This document shows, piece by piece, positions 37,736 to 48,124 of a DNA stretch of 64,000 nucleotides. The stretch is from Bacteroidales bacterium (GTDB lineage: Bacteria; Bacteroidota; Bacteroidia; Bacteroidales; UBA932), in the NCBI GenBank assembly GCA_016281315.1, contig JAEEIJ010000073.1, positions 8,651 through 72,650 on the forward strand, given 5' to 3'. The first letter of the stretch is position 1, and every line of letters begins with the position of its first letter. Below the pieces are notes generated by a model. The model saw only the letters and a program-made list of their open reading frames with translations, had not been told where the DNA came from and did no database searches. The translations under genes were made by a program, and so were the position numbers.

Positions 37736-39664
37736 ATGGCTTTTCTGAAATTCAACAAGTCCGAACTGGTCAACCTGGAGTATTCCCTCAGCCGGGAAAT
37801 CATCTTGGCCAATAAGACCGGCGCCTATTGCAACACGTCCATCGTTACGTGCAACACCCGGCGTTACCACGGCCTCCTGGCCGTTCCGGTAGATGCCTTC
37901 GGGGGTTATCGCCATGTGCTCCTGAGCGCGTTGGACGAAAGCCTCACCCTGCGCGGGAAGCGCTTCAACCTGGGCATCCACTGCTACGGGGACATCTACG
38001 AACCCCGAGGCCACAAGTACATCGTGGACTTCGACGCCGACCCTGTTCCCTGCATCACTTACAAAATCGGCGAGATCGTTTTCCGCAAAAGCATCGCCCT
38101 GGCCCCGGACCGCAACCAGGTGCTCATCCGCTATGAGCTGGTGAACGCCCCCGCCAAGGTGAAGCTGGAGGTGAAACCCTTCCTGGCCTTCCGCAGCAAC
38201 CACGCGCTCACGTCGGAGAACGATGCGGTCAAAGGCGGCTTCCAGCCCATTCAGAACGGTGCCGCCTTCTGCCTGTACGAGGGTTTTCCGGACCTGAACC
38301 TGCAGCTGAGCGCCTCGGCATCGGCCTTCAAGTACAATCCCTGGTGGTACAAGGGCATCACCTATTCGGACGAGATGCGCCGCGGCTTCGACTGCCGCGA
38401 GGACCTCTGGGTGCCCGGCACCTTCGAGACGGAGCTTCACAGCGGAGACAGCATCGTCTTTTCCGCCAGCGCGGACGGCGCGGTGAACGCCACCGCGCTC
38501 AAGCGCCGCTTCAGTTCCGTGGTGGATAAGATTGGCCCCATCACTTCCTTCCGGGACCAGCTGGTGCGTCAGGCCGATTCCCTCATTCGGGAAAGCAGTG
38601 GCAAAAAGCAGATCGTGGCCGGCTACAGCTGGCTGCTCACCGGCCTTCTGCGCGAAACGCTGGGATCCCTCGCCGGTCTGGCCCTCTTTGCCAAGAACGA
38701 CGCGAAGGAATTCGAAGAGATTCTGGACAACCTCATCGCCGATAATCAGGAACGCCTCACCAAACGCACCACGCAGGTGGAATCGCCGCTGTACCTGGCC
38801 GTCACCCTGCAGCAGTATATTGCCTGGGGCGCCTCGGACAAAGCCGTGTGGGCCAAGTACGGTCCCGTGCTGAAAGCCGTCATCGAAAGCTATCTTCCCG
38901 GCGTGCGCCAGGAGGTGGCGATGCAGCCCAACGGTCTCCTCTGGGCCCAGATGGACGGGGTGGCCCTCAGCTGGATGAACGCCTACATCGGCGGACGGGC
39001 CGTCACGGAACGGGCCGGCTATCAGGTGGAAACCAACGCCATGTGGTACAACGCCATCTGCTTCGCCCTCGCCCACGAGCGCAAGGGCAGCGCCTGGGCC
39101 CGCAAGTGGACCACCGTGAAGGAACTCATCGAGGAGAACTTCCAGCCCACTTTCTGGAATGCCGACATGGGCTTCCTCGCAGACTATGTGGACGGCAGCG
39201 GCCAGCATCTGGAGCTGCGTCCGAACCAGCTCTGGGCGGTTTCCCTGGACTACTGCCCCGTGAGCGACGAAGTGATCAGCGAAGTGATGCGCGTGGTGAA
39301 CGCGGAACTCCTTACCCGCAGGGGCATCCGCACCCTGAGCCCGCGTGACATCCGCTACAAGGGCGTATACGAAGGCAACCAGCTCCAGCGCGACGAAGCC
39401 TATATGAACGGCTGCGCCTGGCCTTTCCTGCTGGCGCAGTACTGCTATGCCAGCTTCAACATGATGGGCAGTTCCTTCATCAAGCGGGCCGAATGGCTCA
39501 CGGAAGGATTCTACGAGGACCTCTCCAAGCACGGCGTGGGCGCCTTCTCGGAGCTCTACGACGGAGACCCGCCGCACGAGGCCCACGGGGCCATCTCGTC
39601 GGCCATGACGGTCGCCGCCCTCTTGAACATCAACTGGCTCATCGAAAAATACAGGGAGGAATAG
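37736..39664 (+). CDS. Glycogen debranching enzyme (amylo-alpha-1,6-glucosidase family)
   Basis: NTRRYHGLL, SWMNA, RPNQL, GIRTLSP, SELYDGDPP. Confidence 0.85.
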   Translation: MAFLKFNKSELVNLEYSLSREIILANKTGAYCNTSIVTCNTRRYHGLLAVPVDAFGGYRHVLLSALDESLTLRGKRFNLGIHCYGDIYEPRGHKYIVDFDADPVPCITYKIGEIVFRKSIALAPDRNQVLIRYELVNAPAKVKLEVKPFLAFRSNHALTSENDAVKGGFQPIQNGAAFCLYEGFPDLNLQLSASASAFKYNPWWYKGITYSDEMRRGFDCREDLWVPGTFETELHSGDSIVFSASADGAVNATALKRRFSSVVDKIGPITSFRDQLVRQADSLIRESSGKKQIVAGYSWLLTGLLRETLGSLAGLALFAKNDAKEFEEILDNLIADNQERLTKRTTQVESPLYLAVTLQQYIAWGASDKAVWAKYGPVLKAVIESYLPGVRQEVAMQPNGLLWAQMDGVALSWMNAYIGGRAVTERAGYQVETNAMWYNAICFALAHERKGSAWARKWTTVKELIEENFQPTFWNADMGFLADYVDGSGQHLELRPNQLWAVSLDYCPVSDEVISEVMRVVNAELLTRRGIRTLSPRDIRYKGVYEGNQLQRDEAYMNGCAWPFLLAQYCYASFNMMGSSFIKRAEWLTEGFYEDLSKHGVGAFSELYDGDPPHEAHGAISSAMTVAALLNINWLIEKYREE

Positions 39665-39667
39665 ACT

Positions 39668-40957
39668 ATGCGAGTACTTATGTTCGGCTGGGAGTTCCCT
39701 CCCCACATTGCAGGCGGTCTGGGTACGGCCTGTGAAGGTATCGTCAAGGGTCTGGCCTATAACGGCGTGGAAACCCTGTTTGTGATGCCGTCGGCCTCCG
39801 GCGACGAAGACCAGAGCGCCACCACCATCATCAACGCCTCGGACGTTCCCGTAGACACCGTCTCGGAAAGCGTGGAGGAATACCTCGAGAAGGTGAAGTT
39901 CATTCACATCGGCTCCAATATGATTCCCTACGCGGATCCGGAGGAATTCTCCAAACTTGTGGAGGAAGAGCGGAAACGCCAGGTGAAGGACTTCTCCATC
40001 AGCTACGGTCAGAAATACAAGTTCTCCGGCAAGTACGGCGCCAACCTGATGGAAGAGGTGGCCCGCTACGCAATGGTGGGCGGCACCATCGCCCTCCAGA
40101 AGAAGGATGAGTTCGACGTCATCCACGCGCACGACTGGCTGTGCTACTATGCCGGCATCGCCGCCAAGGAACTCACCGGAAAGCCGCTCGTGATCCACGT
40201 GCACGCCACTTCCTTCGACCGCGGCAGCGTGGACAACATCGACACCCGCGTGTTCGCCATCGAGCAGAAGGGAATGCAGATGGCCGACAGAGTAGTTACG
40301 GTCTCCGACCTCACCCGCAACATCGTCATCACCCGCTACGGCATCGATCCGGCGAAGGTGGTGACGGTGCACAACGCCGTGGACTTCAGCGGCCGCGAGA
40401 ACCTGCAGGTGGAGCGCGGGGTCAAGGATCCCGTGGTCACCTTCCTGGGCCGCATCACCTACCAGAAGGGCCCCGAATACTTCATCGAGGCGGCCGCCAA
40501 GGTGCTCAAGCGCACCAAGAACGTCCGCTTCGTGATGGCCGGCAGCGGCGATATGATGAACCGCTGCATCCGCCACGCCGCCCGCCTGGGCATCAGCGAC
40601 CGCTTCCACTTCACCGGCTTCCTCCGCGGGGCCGATGTCCAGAAGATGTTCGCCCTCTCGGACGTGTACATTATGCCCTCCATCTCGGAGCCTTTCGGCA
40701 TTTCCCCGCTGGAGGCGATGCGCACCGGCGTCCCGTCCATCATTTCCAAGCAGTCCGGCGCCGCGGAGGTGCTCAAATACGCCTTCAAGGTGGACTTCTG
40801 GGATGTGGACGCGATGGCCGACGACATCTACGCCCTGCTCAGCTATCCGGCCCTGGCGCATTTCAGCGCCGTCACCGGCTACGACGAGGTGAACGCCCTC
40901 AAATGGAACGGCGCCTGCGCCAAGCTCAAGAAAGTTTATGAATCAGTAGTAAAATAA
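39668..40957 (+). CDS. Glycosyltransferase family 4 (glycogen synthase-like)
   Basis: WEFPPHIAGGLG, HAHDW, SEPFGISPLEA. Confidence 0.88.
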   Translation: MRVLMFGWEFPPHIAGGLGTACEGIVKGLAYNGVETLFVMPSASGDEDQSATTIINASDVPVDTVSESVEEYLEKVKFIHIGSNMIPYADPEEFSKLVEEERKRQVKDFSISYGQKYKFSGKYGANLMEEVARYAMVGGTIALQKKDEFDVIHAHDWLCYYAGIAAKELTGKPLVIHVHATSFDRGSVDNIDTRVFAIEQKGMQMADRVVTVSDLTRNIVITRYGIDPAKVVTVHNAVDFSGRENLQVERGVKDPVVTFLGRITYQKGPEYFIEAAAKVLKRTKNVRFVMAGSGDMMNRCIRHAARLGISDRFHFTGFLRGADVQKMFALSDVYIMPSISEPFGISPLEAMRTGVPSIISKQSGAAEVLKYAFKVDFWDVDAMADDIYALLSYPALAHFSAVTGYDEVNALKWNGACAKLKKVYESVVK

Positions 40958-40965
40958 TCGATATT

Positions 40966-42237
40966 ATGGCAACCCCCAAGAGCATTTGCCTGTATTTTCA
41001 GGTCCATCAACCCACCCGGCTCCGCCTGTACAGATTCTTCGATATCGGCAAGGATTCGCACTATTACGACGACTTCGCCAACCGGACCATCCTGCGCCGC
41101 GTAGCCCAGAAGTGCTATCTGCCTATGAACCAGCTGATGCTGGAACTGGTGAAGAAGTACAAGGGCAAGTTCAAGATTGCCTATTCCATCAGCGGCAGCG
41201 CCCTGGAGCAGTTCCAGCGCTTCGCCCCGGATGTGATTGACAGCTTCAAGGCCCTGGCCGCCACCGGCAGCGTGGAATTCCTGGCGGAGACCTATTACCA
41301 CTCCCTGGCTTCCATCGGCAGCGACAGCGAGTTCCGCCATCAGGTCCAGAAGCACGCCGCCAAGATCGAGGAAGTCTTCGGCGTCACGCCCACCGCTTTC
41401 CGCAACACGGAGCTCATCTATGACAACGGCATCGGCGAACTCGTGTACGAAATGGGCTACAAGACGATGCTCACCGAAGGCGCCCGCCACATTATGGGCT
41501 GGAAGAGCCCCAACTTCCTGTACACCTGCGCCACGCAGCCCAAGCTGAAGCTTCTGCTGCGGAACTACGTCCTTTCGGACGACATCGCGTTCCGTTTCGG
41601 CACCCATCCCGTGATGGCCGATGAATACGTGGGCTGGATGAAGGAGAACGCCAAGGACGGCGACATCGTGAACCTGTTTATGGACTACGAGACCTTCGGC
41701 GAGCACCAGAAGGCCGCGAGCGGCATCTTCGAGTTTATGCGCGCCCTCCCGGAGGCGGTCCTGAAGGACGGCACCTTCGGCTTCGTCACCCCTTCGGAGG
41801 CCGTGAAGAAGTTCAAACCCGTGGCCGACATCGACGTGGAAGATCCCATCTCCTGGGCCGATGAAGAGCGCGACCTCACCGCCTGGCTGGGCAACGAACT
41901 CCAGAGCGAGGCCTTCAAGAAGGTGTATGCGATGAAGGAGAAGCTCGCCATCGTGGGAGACCCGGATCTGTACAAGGACTGGGGCCACCTGCAGGAGAGC
42001 GACCACTTCTACTATATGTGCACCAAGTTCTTCTCCGACGGGGAAGTGCACAAGTATTTCAACCCCTACGATACCCCGTACGAGGCTTTTATCAACTATA
42101 TGAATGTCATTTCGGACTTCCAGATCCGCCTGGACGAGAAACGGGCGGCCCTGGACGTGAAGGAGACGGCCAAGCAGGAGCTTTCCGCTCCCGCCAGGAA
42201 GCCGGTTCGGAAGAAGGCAGCAGCGAAGAAGAAATAG
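40966..42237 (+). CDS. Glycoside hydrolase family 57 (alpha-amylase-like)
   Basis: HQP, ETYYHSL, RNTEL, DYETFGEH. Confidence 0.9.
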   Translation: MATPKSICLYFQVHQPTRLRLYRFFDIGKDSHYYDDFANRTILRRVAQKCYLPMNQLMLELVKKYKGKFKIAYSISGSALEQFQRFAPDVIDSFKALAATGSVEFLAETYYHSLASIGSDSEFRHQVQKHAAKIEEVFGVTPTAFRNTELIYDNGIGELVYEMGYKTMLTEGARHIMGWKSPNFLYTCATQPKLKLLLRNYVLSDDIAFRFGTHPVMADEYVGWMKENAKDGDIVNLFMDYETFGEHQKAASGIFEFMRALPEAVLKDGTFGFVTPSEAVKKFKPVADIDVEDPISWADEERDLTAWLGNELQSEAFKKVYAMKEKLAIVGDPDLYKDWGHLQESDHFYYMCTKFFSDGEVHKYFNPYDTPYEAFINYMNVISDFQIRLDEKRAALDVKETAKQELSAPARKPVRKKAAAKKK

Positions 42238-42240
42238 TCC

Positions 42241-45200
42241 ATGACAAAGAAAAGCGATTTCATTCAGCCGGACTACCTGTTCGAAGTCAGTTGGGAAGTG
42301 TGCAACAAGGTGGGCGGCATTTATACCGTTATTGCCACCAAGGCCCTTCATCTGCAGTCGCAGCTGGGACGGCGCCATATTTTCGTGGGCCCGGACGTTT
42401 GGATGCACCGCAGCGGCAACCCGGATTTTCTGGAAGACCCGATGCTCTACCGTTCCTGGCGGGCCCAGGCGGCTTCGGAAGGCCTGCGTTTCCGCGTGGG
42501 CCGATGGAACATCCCCGGAAAGCCCGTGGCCATCCTGGTGGACTACAAGCAGTTCCTCCCCAAGGCCGATGACATCCTGGCCGCCCTCTGGCGCGACTTC
42601 GGCGTAGATTCCATCTCGGGCAACTGGGACTATAAGGAATCGGCCGTCTTCGGCTATCTGGCCGGCCGCGTCATCGAGAGTTTCTACAGCTATAACCTCA
42701 ATGGCGGGGAGAAGGTGGTGGCCCAGTTCCACGAGTGGCAGACGGGCGCCGGCATCCTGTATCTGAAGAAGGCCGATGCCCCCGTGGCCACGGCGTTTAC
42801 CACGCACGCCACGATGATGGGACGCTGCCTCGCCGGCAACAACCTGCCCCTGTACGACGCCCTCACCTCCTACAACGGCGACGAAATGGCCCGGCGCTTC
42901 AATGTGACGGCCATCTACTCGCTGGAGAAGACATCGGCCCAAAACGCGGATGTGTTCACCACCGTGAGCGAAATCACCGCAAAAGAGTGTGCCCAGTTCC
43001 TGGGACGCCCCGTGGACGTGGTGACGCCCAACGGCTTCGAGAACAGCTTCACACCGGCCTCGGACAAGGAATACGACCGGCTTCACGACGCCGCCCGCGA
43101 GCGCTTGGTGGAGGTGGCCACCCGGATGAGCGGGGAAGAAGTGTCTTCCAACGCGCTCTTCCTGTGCATCGGCGGCCGCTACGAATACAGGAACAAGGGA
43201 ATCGACGTCTTTATCGACGCCCTGGACCGCATCAACAAGTCGGACTACGATGGACGGAGCATCCAGGCTTTCATCATGATTCCTTCCGGCCATCACGGCC
43301 CCAACAGGGAATTCCCGTCCCAGACCTCGCACGTGCTGATGAACGCGGAGTACGACACCATCATGGGCCGTCTGCGCGAGCTCGGGCTGAACAATGCCAT
43401 CGGCGACAAAGTGAAGGTCTATTTCATCCCGTCCTACCTGAACGGCGACGACGGCGTCTTCAACATGCCGTACTATGACCTGCTGTGCGGGATGGACCTG
43501 GCCCTGTTCCCGTCCTATTACGAACCCTGGGGGTACACTCCGCTGGAGGCGCTGGCCTTCCGGGTGCCCACCCTCACCACCACCCTCGCCGGCTTCGGCC
43601 TCTGGGTGGAAACTCATTACAAGAAGAATCATCCCGGCATTACCGTCCTGCATCGCGACGACACCAACTACGGTGAAGTGGTGGAAGGGACTGTCGCCCG
43701 CATCCGCGAGTTGGCAGGCCTGAAAAAGGAAGAGCGTGCGCGCTACCGGGAAAACGCCCGCGAAGTGGCTCAGATAGCCCTGTGGGACAATCAGATAGTG
43801 TATTATCAGAAGGCCTATTCCGTGGCGCTTGGAAAGCTCTCGGAGCGGGCCGTCGACTACAAAACGAAGAAGAAAAAGACTATGCAGTATTTTAAAGCTG
43901 ACGTAACAAACCCCAGCTGGCGGAGCATTCTGGTCACCAGGCATCTCCCCGAAAAGCTCTCCCGGCTGGAAAAACTGTCCAAGAACCTCTGGTGGTGCTG
44001 GAACGAGAGTGCGAAAGACCTCTTCCGTTCCATCGACGCCAAGGTGTGGCACGAGAGCGGCCACAATCCGCTGGTGGTGCTGGATACCGTGAGTATCAAG
44101 CGTTTCCAGCAGCTCTCGGAGGACGAGGACTTCCTCTCCCGGATGAAGAAGGTGCTGGACGAATTCGACGCCTATATGGCCGCCAAGGCCCAGCGCAAAG
44201 ACCCTTCCATCGCCTATTTCTGTATGGAATACGGGCTGGATACCTCCCTCAAGATTTACTCCGGCGGTCTGGGCATCCTGGCCGGCGACTACCTTAAGGA
44301 AACCTCGGATATGAACACCAACCTGGTGGCCGTGGGTCTGCTGTACCGCTACGGCTATTTCAACCAGGTGCTCAGCGCCCAGGGATATCAGGTGGCCGGG
44401 TATGACGCCCAGGATTTCACCAAGAGCCCGGCCGTTCCGGTGCTGGACAAAGACGGGAACTGGCTCACCGTGATGGTGGCCTTCCCCGGCCGCAACCTCA
44501 CCGCCCGCATCTGGAAGGTGGAGGTGGGCCGCACGGACCTGTACCTGATGGATACGGACTATGAGGCCAACACCCAGGAAGACCGCGAGGTGACCTATCA
44601 CCTCTACGGCGGCAGCTGGGAGAACCGCCTCAAGCAGGAACTCCTGCTGGGCGTGGGCGGTATCCGCCTGCTTCGGAAGATCGGCCTGAACCCGCAGGTG
44701 TATCACTGCAACGAGGGCCACGCCGCCTTCACGGGCCTGGAGCGCCTCCGCGAATACATCGAGCACGACAACCTGGATTTCTCCGAGGCCCTGGAAGTGG
44801 TGCGGGCCAGCTCCCTGTTCACCACCCATACGCCGGTTCCCGCCGGCCACGACGCCTTCGAGGAAGGAATGCTGCGCCAGTACATCGGCCACTATCCCGA
44901 ACGGCTCAAGATCGACTGGGAAACCCTGATGTCCCTGGGGAAGGACAATCCGCTGGACGTGCACGAGAAATTCTCGATGAGTAACCTCGCCGCCAACATT
45001 TCGCAGAACGTCAACGGCGTATCGATGCTGCACGGAAAGGTGTCGCAGGACATCTTCGCCCATATGTATCCCGGCTACCTCCCGGAGGAACTCTTCGTGA
45101 GCTATGTCACCAACGGGGTGCATTACCCCACCTGGTGCGCGCCCGAGTGGAAGCCGGTGCACGCGAAGGTCTTCGGCCCGGAATTCGCCACGCACCACTA

Positions 45201-46446
45201 CGACAAAACCTGCTTCGAAGGCATTTACAAGGTCTCCGACGCAGAGGTCTGGAGCGTGAAGAAGCGCCTGAAGGAGAAACTCATCGCCTTCGTGAGCGAG
45301 CGCTTGCGGGACTCCTCGGTGAGCAACCATTACAGCCCCACCGAGCTGGTGACCATCCTGGAGAACCTGCGCGACGACGTCCTCACCATCGGCTTCGCCC
45401 GCCGCTTCGCCACCTACAAACGCGCGACGCTCCTGTTCCGCGATCTGGACCGTCTGGACAAGATCGTGAACAACCCCGCGCAGCCGGTGCAGTTCCTCTT
45501 CGCCGGCAAGGCCCATCCGGCCGATAAAGCCGGCCAGGACCTCATCAAGCAGATCGTGGACATCTCGAAGGATCCCCGTTTCATCGGCAAGATCGTCTTC
45601 GTGCCCGGCTACGACATCACGCTCGCCAAGCGGATGGTCCAGGGCGTGGACGTGTGGATGAACAATCCCACCCGTCCGCTGGAGGCTTCCGGCACGTCCG
45701 GCGAGAAAGCCGCGATGAACGGAACGATGCACTTCAGCGTGCTGGACGGCTGGTGGGTGGAAGGCTATAAGGAAGGCGCCGGCTGGGCCCTTCCCATCGA
45801 GCAGGCCTACGAAGACAACGAGTTCCAGAACGAACTGGACGCCGCCACCATCTATCAGCTCATCGAGAACGACATCGCTCCCGCCTATTACGACGTAGAC
45901 CGCGCCACGGGCAGCAGCCGCGAGTGGGTGGGCTACATCAAGAACACCATCGCGCAGGTGGCCTGCAATTTCACCACCAACCGGATGCTCACGGACTACA
46001 TCAACCAGTACTATGCGCCGCAGGCCAAAGGGGCCGATGCCATCGCCGCCGGGGATTATGCCCAGGCACGGGAGCTCGCCGCCTGGAAGACGCGCGTGCG
46101 CCGCGAATGGGAGAACGTCCGCCTGGTGTCCCGCAGCGAACCTGCCACCAGCTATGACCTCACGCAGGCCCAGCCTTATCACGCGGAGATGGAACTCCAG
46201 ATGGGTTCCCTCACGCCGGAGGAAGTGGGTCTGGAAGTGGTCTTCGCCCAGCAGGACGCCCGCGGAAAGATGCACATCGTAGAGGTGCAGGAGTTCAAGG
46301 TGGCCTCCTTCAAGGACGGACTCGCCAAGTATGAAGTGGAAATGCTGCCGGAGAAGACGGGTGCCTATATGGTGGGCGCGCGTGCCTTCGCCAAGCATCC
46401 GCTGCTGGCGCACCGTCAGAGTTTCGAGTGCGTGAAGTGGCTGTAG
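42241..46446 (+). CDS. glgP: Fused GT3 glycogen synthase / GT35 alpha-glucan phosphorylase
   Basis: N-half WEVCNKVGGIYTV, PSYYEPWGYTP (GT3); C-half YSGGLGILAGD, EASGTSGEK (phosphorylase). Confidence 0.92.
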   Translation: MTKKSDFIQPDYLFEVSWEVCNKVGGIYTVIATKALHLQSQLGRRHIFVGPDVWMHRSGNPDFLEDPMLYRSWRAQAASEGLRFRVGRWNIPGKPVAILVDYKQFLPKADDILAALWRDFGVDSISGNWDYKESAVFGYLAGRVIESFYSYNLNGGEKVVAQFHEWQTGAGILYLKKADAPVATAFTTHATMMGRCLAGNNLPLYDALTSYNGDEMARRFNVTAIYSLEKTSAQNADVFTTVSEITAKECAQFLGRPVDVVTPNGFENSFTPASDKEYDRLHDAARERLVEVATRMSGEEVSSNALFLCIGGRYEYRNKGIDVFIDALDRINKSDYDGRSIQAFIMIPSGHHGPNREFPSQTSHVLMNAEYDTIMGRLRELGLNNAIGDKVKVYFIPSYLNGDDGVFNMPYYDLLCGMDLALFPSYYEPWGYTPLEALAFRVPTLTTTLAGFGLWVETHYKKNHPGITVLHRDDTNYGEVVEGTVARIRELAGLKKEERARYRENAREVAQIALWDNQIVYYQKAYSVALGKLSERAVDYKTKKKKTMQYFKADVTNPSWRSILVTRHLPEKLSRLEKLSKNLWWCWNESAKDLFRSIDAKVWHESGHNPLVVLDTVSIKRFQQLSEDEDFLSRMKKVLDEFDAYMAAKAQRKDPSIAYFCMEYGLDTSLKIYSGGLGILAGDYLKETSDMNTNLVAVGLLYRYGYFNQVLSAQGYQVAGYDAQDFTKSPAVPVLDKDGNWLTVMVAFPGRNLTARIWKVEVGRTDLYLMDTDYEANTQEDREVTYHLYGGSWENRLKQELLLGVGGIRLLRKIGLNPQVYHCNEGHAAFTGLERLREYIEHDNLDFSEALEVVRASSLFTTHTPVPAGHDAFEEGMLRQYIGHYPERLKIDWETLMSLGKDNPLDVHEKFSMSNLAANISQNVNGVSMLHGKVSQDIFAHMYPGYLPEELFVSYVTNGVHYPTWCAPEWKPVHAKVFGPEFATHHYDKTCFEGIYKVSDAEVWSVKKRLKEKLIAFVSERLRDSSVSNHYSPTELVTILENLRDDVLTIGFARRFATYKRATLLFRDLDRLDKIVNNPAQPVQFLFAGKAHPADKAGQDLIKQIVDISKDPRFIGKIVFVPGYDITLAKRMVQGVDVWMNNPTRPLEASGTSGEKAAMNGTMHFSVLDGWWVEGYKEGAGWALPIEQAYEDNEFQNELDAATIYQLIENDIAPAYYDVDRATGSSREWVGYIKNTIAQVACNFTTNRMLTDYINQYYAPQAKGADAIAAGDYAQARELAAWKTRVRREWENVRLVSRSEPATSYDLTQAQPYHAEMELQMGSLTPEEVGLEVVFAQQDARGKMHIVEVQEFKVASFKDGLAKYEVEMLPEKTGAYMVGARAFAKHPLLAHRQSFECVKWL

Positions 46447-47396
46447 TAACAACCGGTTTCTTCGACGGTGTCCATCTGGGGCACCGTCACGTCCTTTCCG
46501 AAGTGGTTTCCGTTGCCAGAGAAAAGGGCGAAGAAGCCGTTGTGGTTACGTTCTGGCCGCATCCGCGGATGGTCCTGCAGCAGGATGCGCGGGAGTTCCG
46601 GCTGCTGAATACCCTGGAAGAAAAGAAGGAATTGCTTTCAGGTGCCGGCATCGACCGCGTGGAAGTGCTGCCCTTTACCCGCGAGTTCGCCGCCCTTACG
46701 GCCTCGGAGTATCTCACGATGCTCCGCGACCGCTTCGGCGCTTCTGTGGTAGTGATGGGGTATGATAATAGAATAGGTTCAGATAAAAGGACGGCCGTCG
46801 AGATTGCGGCCCAGGGGTCTCCGAGCCCTTCGGTCGCTTCGCTCCCTTCGTCCCTCCCAACGTCGCTTCGCTCCGTCGGGCCCCTCCCGTTCACGTGGCC
46901 ACGGGCGGCCACGGGTTCGGAGAACCCCTGGCCCTCCATCTCTTTCGATTCTCCTTCGCCGCCTCTATCTTCTACACAAATTCGTCACGCGCTGGAAGAG
47001 GGGAGGATTGACGAGGCCAATGCGATGCTGGGATACCGGTACGGGCTGCAGGGCGTGGTGGTGGCGGGGAACCGGATGGGACGCACCATCGGCTTTCCCA
47101 CGGCGAATATGCAGCTCTACGAGCCGCTGAAGCTGGTGCCTGGGAACGGCGTGTATGCCGTTGAGGCAGAGGTACTTGGACGGAAGTTTAAGGGGATGTG
47201 CAACATCGGCCTGCGCCCTACGGTGGGCGGGACTTTCCGCACGGTGGAAACCCACATCCTGGACTTCGACGAGGACATCTACGGCCTTCCCCTTGACATC
47301 CGTTTTGCACGCCGCATCCGCGACGAACGCAAGTTCCCTTCCCTGGAGGCCCTGCGGGAGCAGCTGGAAAAGGACAAAGAACAATGCAGTATATGA
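46437..47396 (+). CDS. ribF: Bifunctional riboflavin kinase / FAD synthetase with palindromic in-frame insertion
   Basis: GFFDGVHLGH, SSTQIR, GRTIGFPTAN, NIGLRPT, RDERKF; GTG start at 46437 preferred. Confidence 0.92.
   Translation: MAVVTTGFFDGVHLGHRHVLSEVVSVAREKGEEAVVVTFWPHPRMVLQQDAREFRLLNTLEEKKELLSGAGIDRVEVLPFTREFAALTASEYLTMLRDRFGASVVVMGYDNRIGSDKRTAVEIAAQGSPSPSVASLPSSLPTSLRSVGPLPFTWPRAATGSENPWPSISFDSPSPPLSSTQIRHALEEGRIDEANAMLGYRYGLQGVVVAGNRMGRTIGFPTANMQLYEPLKLVPGNGVYAVEAEVLGRKFKGMCNIGLRPTVGGTFRTVETHILDFDEDIYGLPLDIRFARRIRDERKFPSLEALREQLEKDKEQCSI
46808..46933. repeat. ~126-bp palindromic element inside the ribF coding sequence
   Basis: Arms GGCCCAGGGGTCTCCGAGCCC / GGGTTCGGAGAACCCCTGGCC; internal direct repeats GTCGCTTCGCTCC x2 and GGCCACGGG x2. 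Confidence 0.8.
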
Positions 47397-48025
47397 AACG
47401 ATTCTTAATGACGATGGCGGCCGTGCTCTTGAGCGCGGTCGCGGCGCTGGCGCAGACGCCGGAAGAGATCTTCGACAAGGTGGACGAGGTGATGGACCGT
47501 GCCAAAGAGAATGGGATGTCGATGACAATGACGATGAAAATCCCCATCGTCGGCTCGTTCTCGACCAAGATGTACATCCGGGGCGAAAAGACACGGGCGG
47601 AGATGAAGGCGATGGGCCGCGAACTGATTATCTGGACGGACGGGAAATGCAGTTGGAGCTACGACGCCAAGGAGAACACAATCGTCATCGAGGACGAACT
47701 CGGGGGTACGAATGATGACAACGGCCTCAATATGATGGACGGTCTCACGGACGGCTACGACGTGAAACTGGATGAGGAGTCGGAGAAGGCGTGGTTCTTC
47801 ATCTGCAAGAAGCGCAAGGACAATCCGGATAAAGACAGCCCCAAGAAAATGGAGATCACCATCCGGAAGAGCGACTATTCCCTTGGGCAGCTCAAGACCA
47901 GTATGAAAGGCGTCACGCTCATTCTTTCCAAAATTTCCATCGGCGGCATCAGCGAAGCGTCCGTCACCTTCGACGCGTCCAAATATCCGGATGCCACGAT
48001 AGAGGACAAACGCGGCAAGAAATAG
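47393..48025 (+). CDS. Secreted LolA-like / outer-membrane sorting-fold hypothetical protein
   Basis: Signal peptide ...ALA-QT; IWTDGK.SWSY and FD.SKYP.A.I.D.R patterns. Confidence 0.55.
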   Translation: MKRFLMTMAAVLLSAVAALAQTPEEIFDKVDEVMDRAKENGMSMTMTMKIPIVGSFSTKMYIRGEKTRAEMKAMGRELIIWTDGKCSWSYDAKENTIVIEDELGGTNDDNGLNMMDGLTDGYDVKLDEESEKAWFFICKKRKDNPDKDSPKKMEITIRKSDYSLGQLKTSMKGVTLILSKISIGGISEASVTFDASKYPDATIEDKRGKK

Positions 48026-48045
48026 GTTATTTCAAAAAAGTTTCC

Positions 48046-48053
48046 TATCTTTG
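48046..48053 (+). promoter_or_regulatory. Promoter -7 element TATCTTTG for the greA operon
   Basis: TAnnTTTG consensus. Confidence 0.7.
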
Positions 48054-48124
48054 CGGTACATAAAGCTCGGCGGCCATCAAAAGGCCGTCGGCTGTTTTTT
48101 TGACAAAGTTAAAAACGAGATACT

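Noticed and set aside
40936-46452. Very long antisense ORFs (e.g. 1838 aa here; also 836..3862, 11564..14839, 37676..40861)
   Set aside because: Shadow frames of GC3-biased genes on the opposite strand; no motifs and they fully overlap well-supported CDSs.
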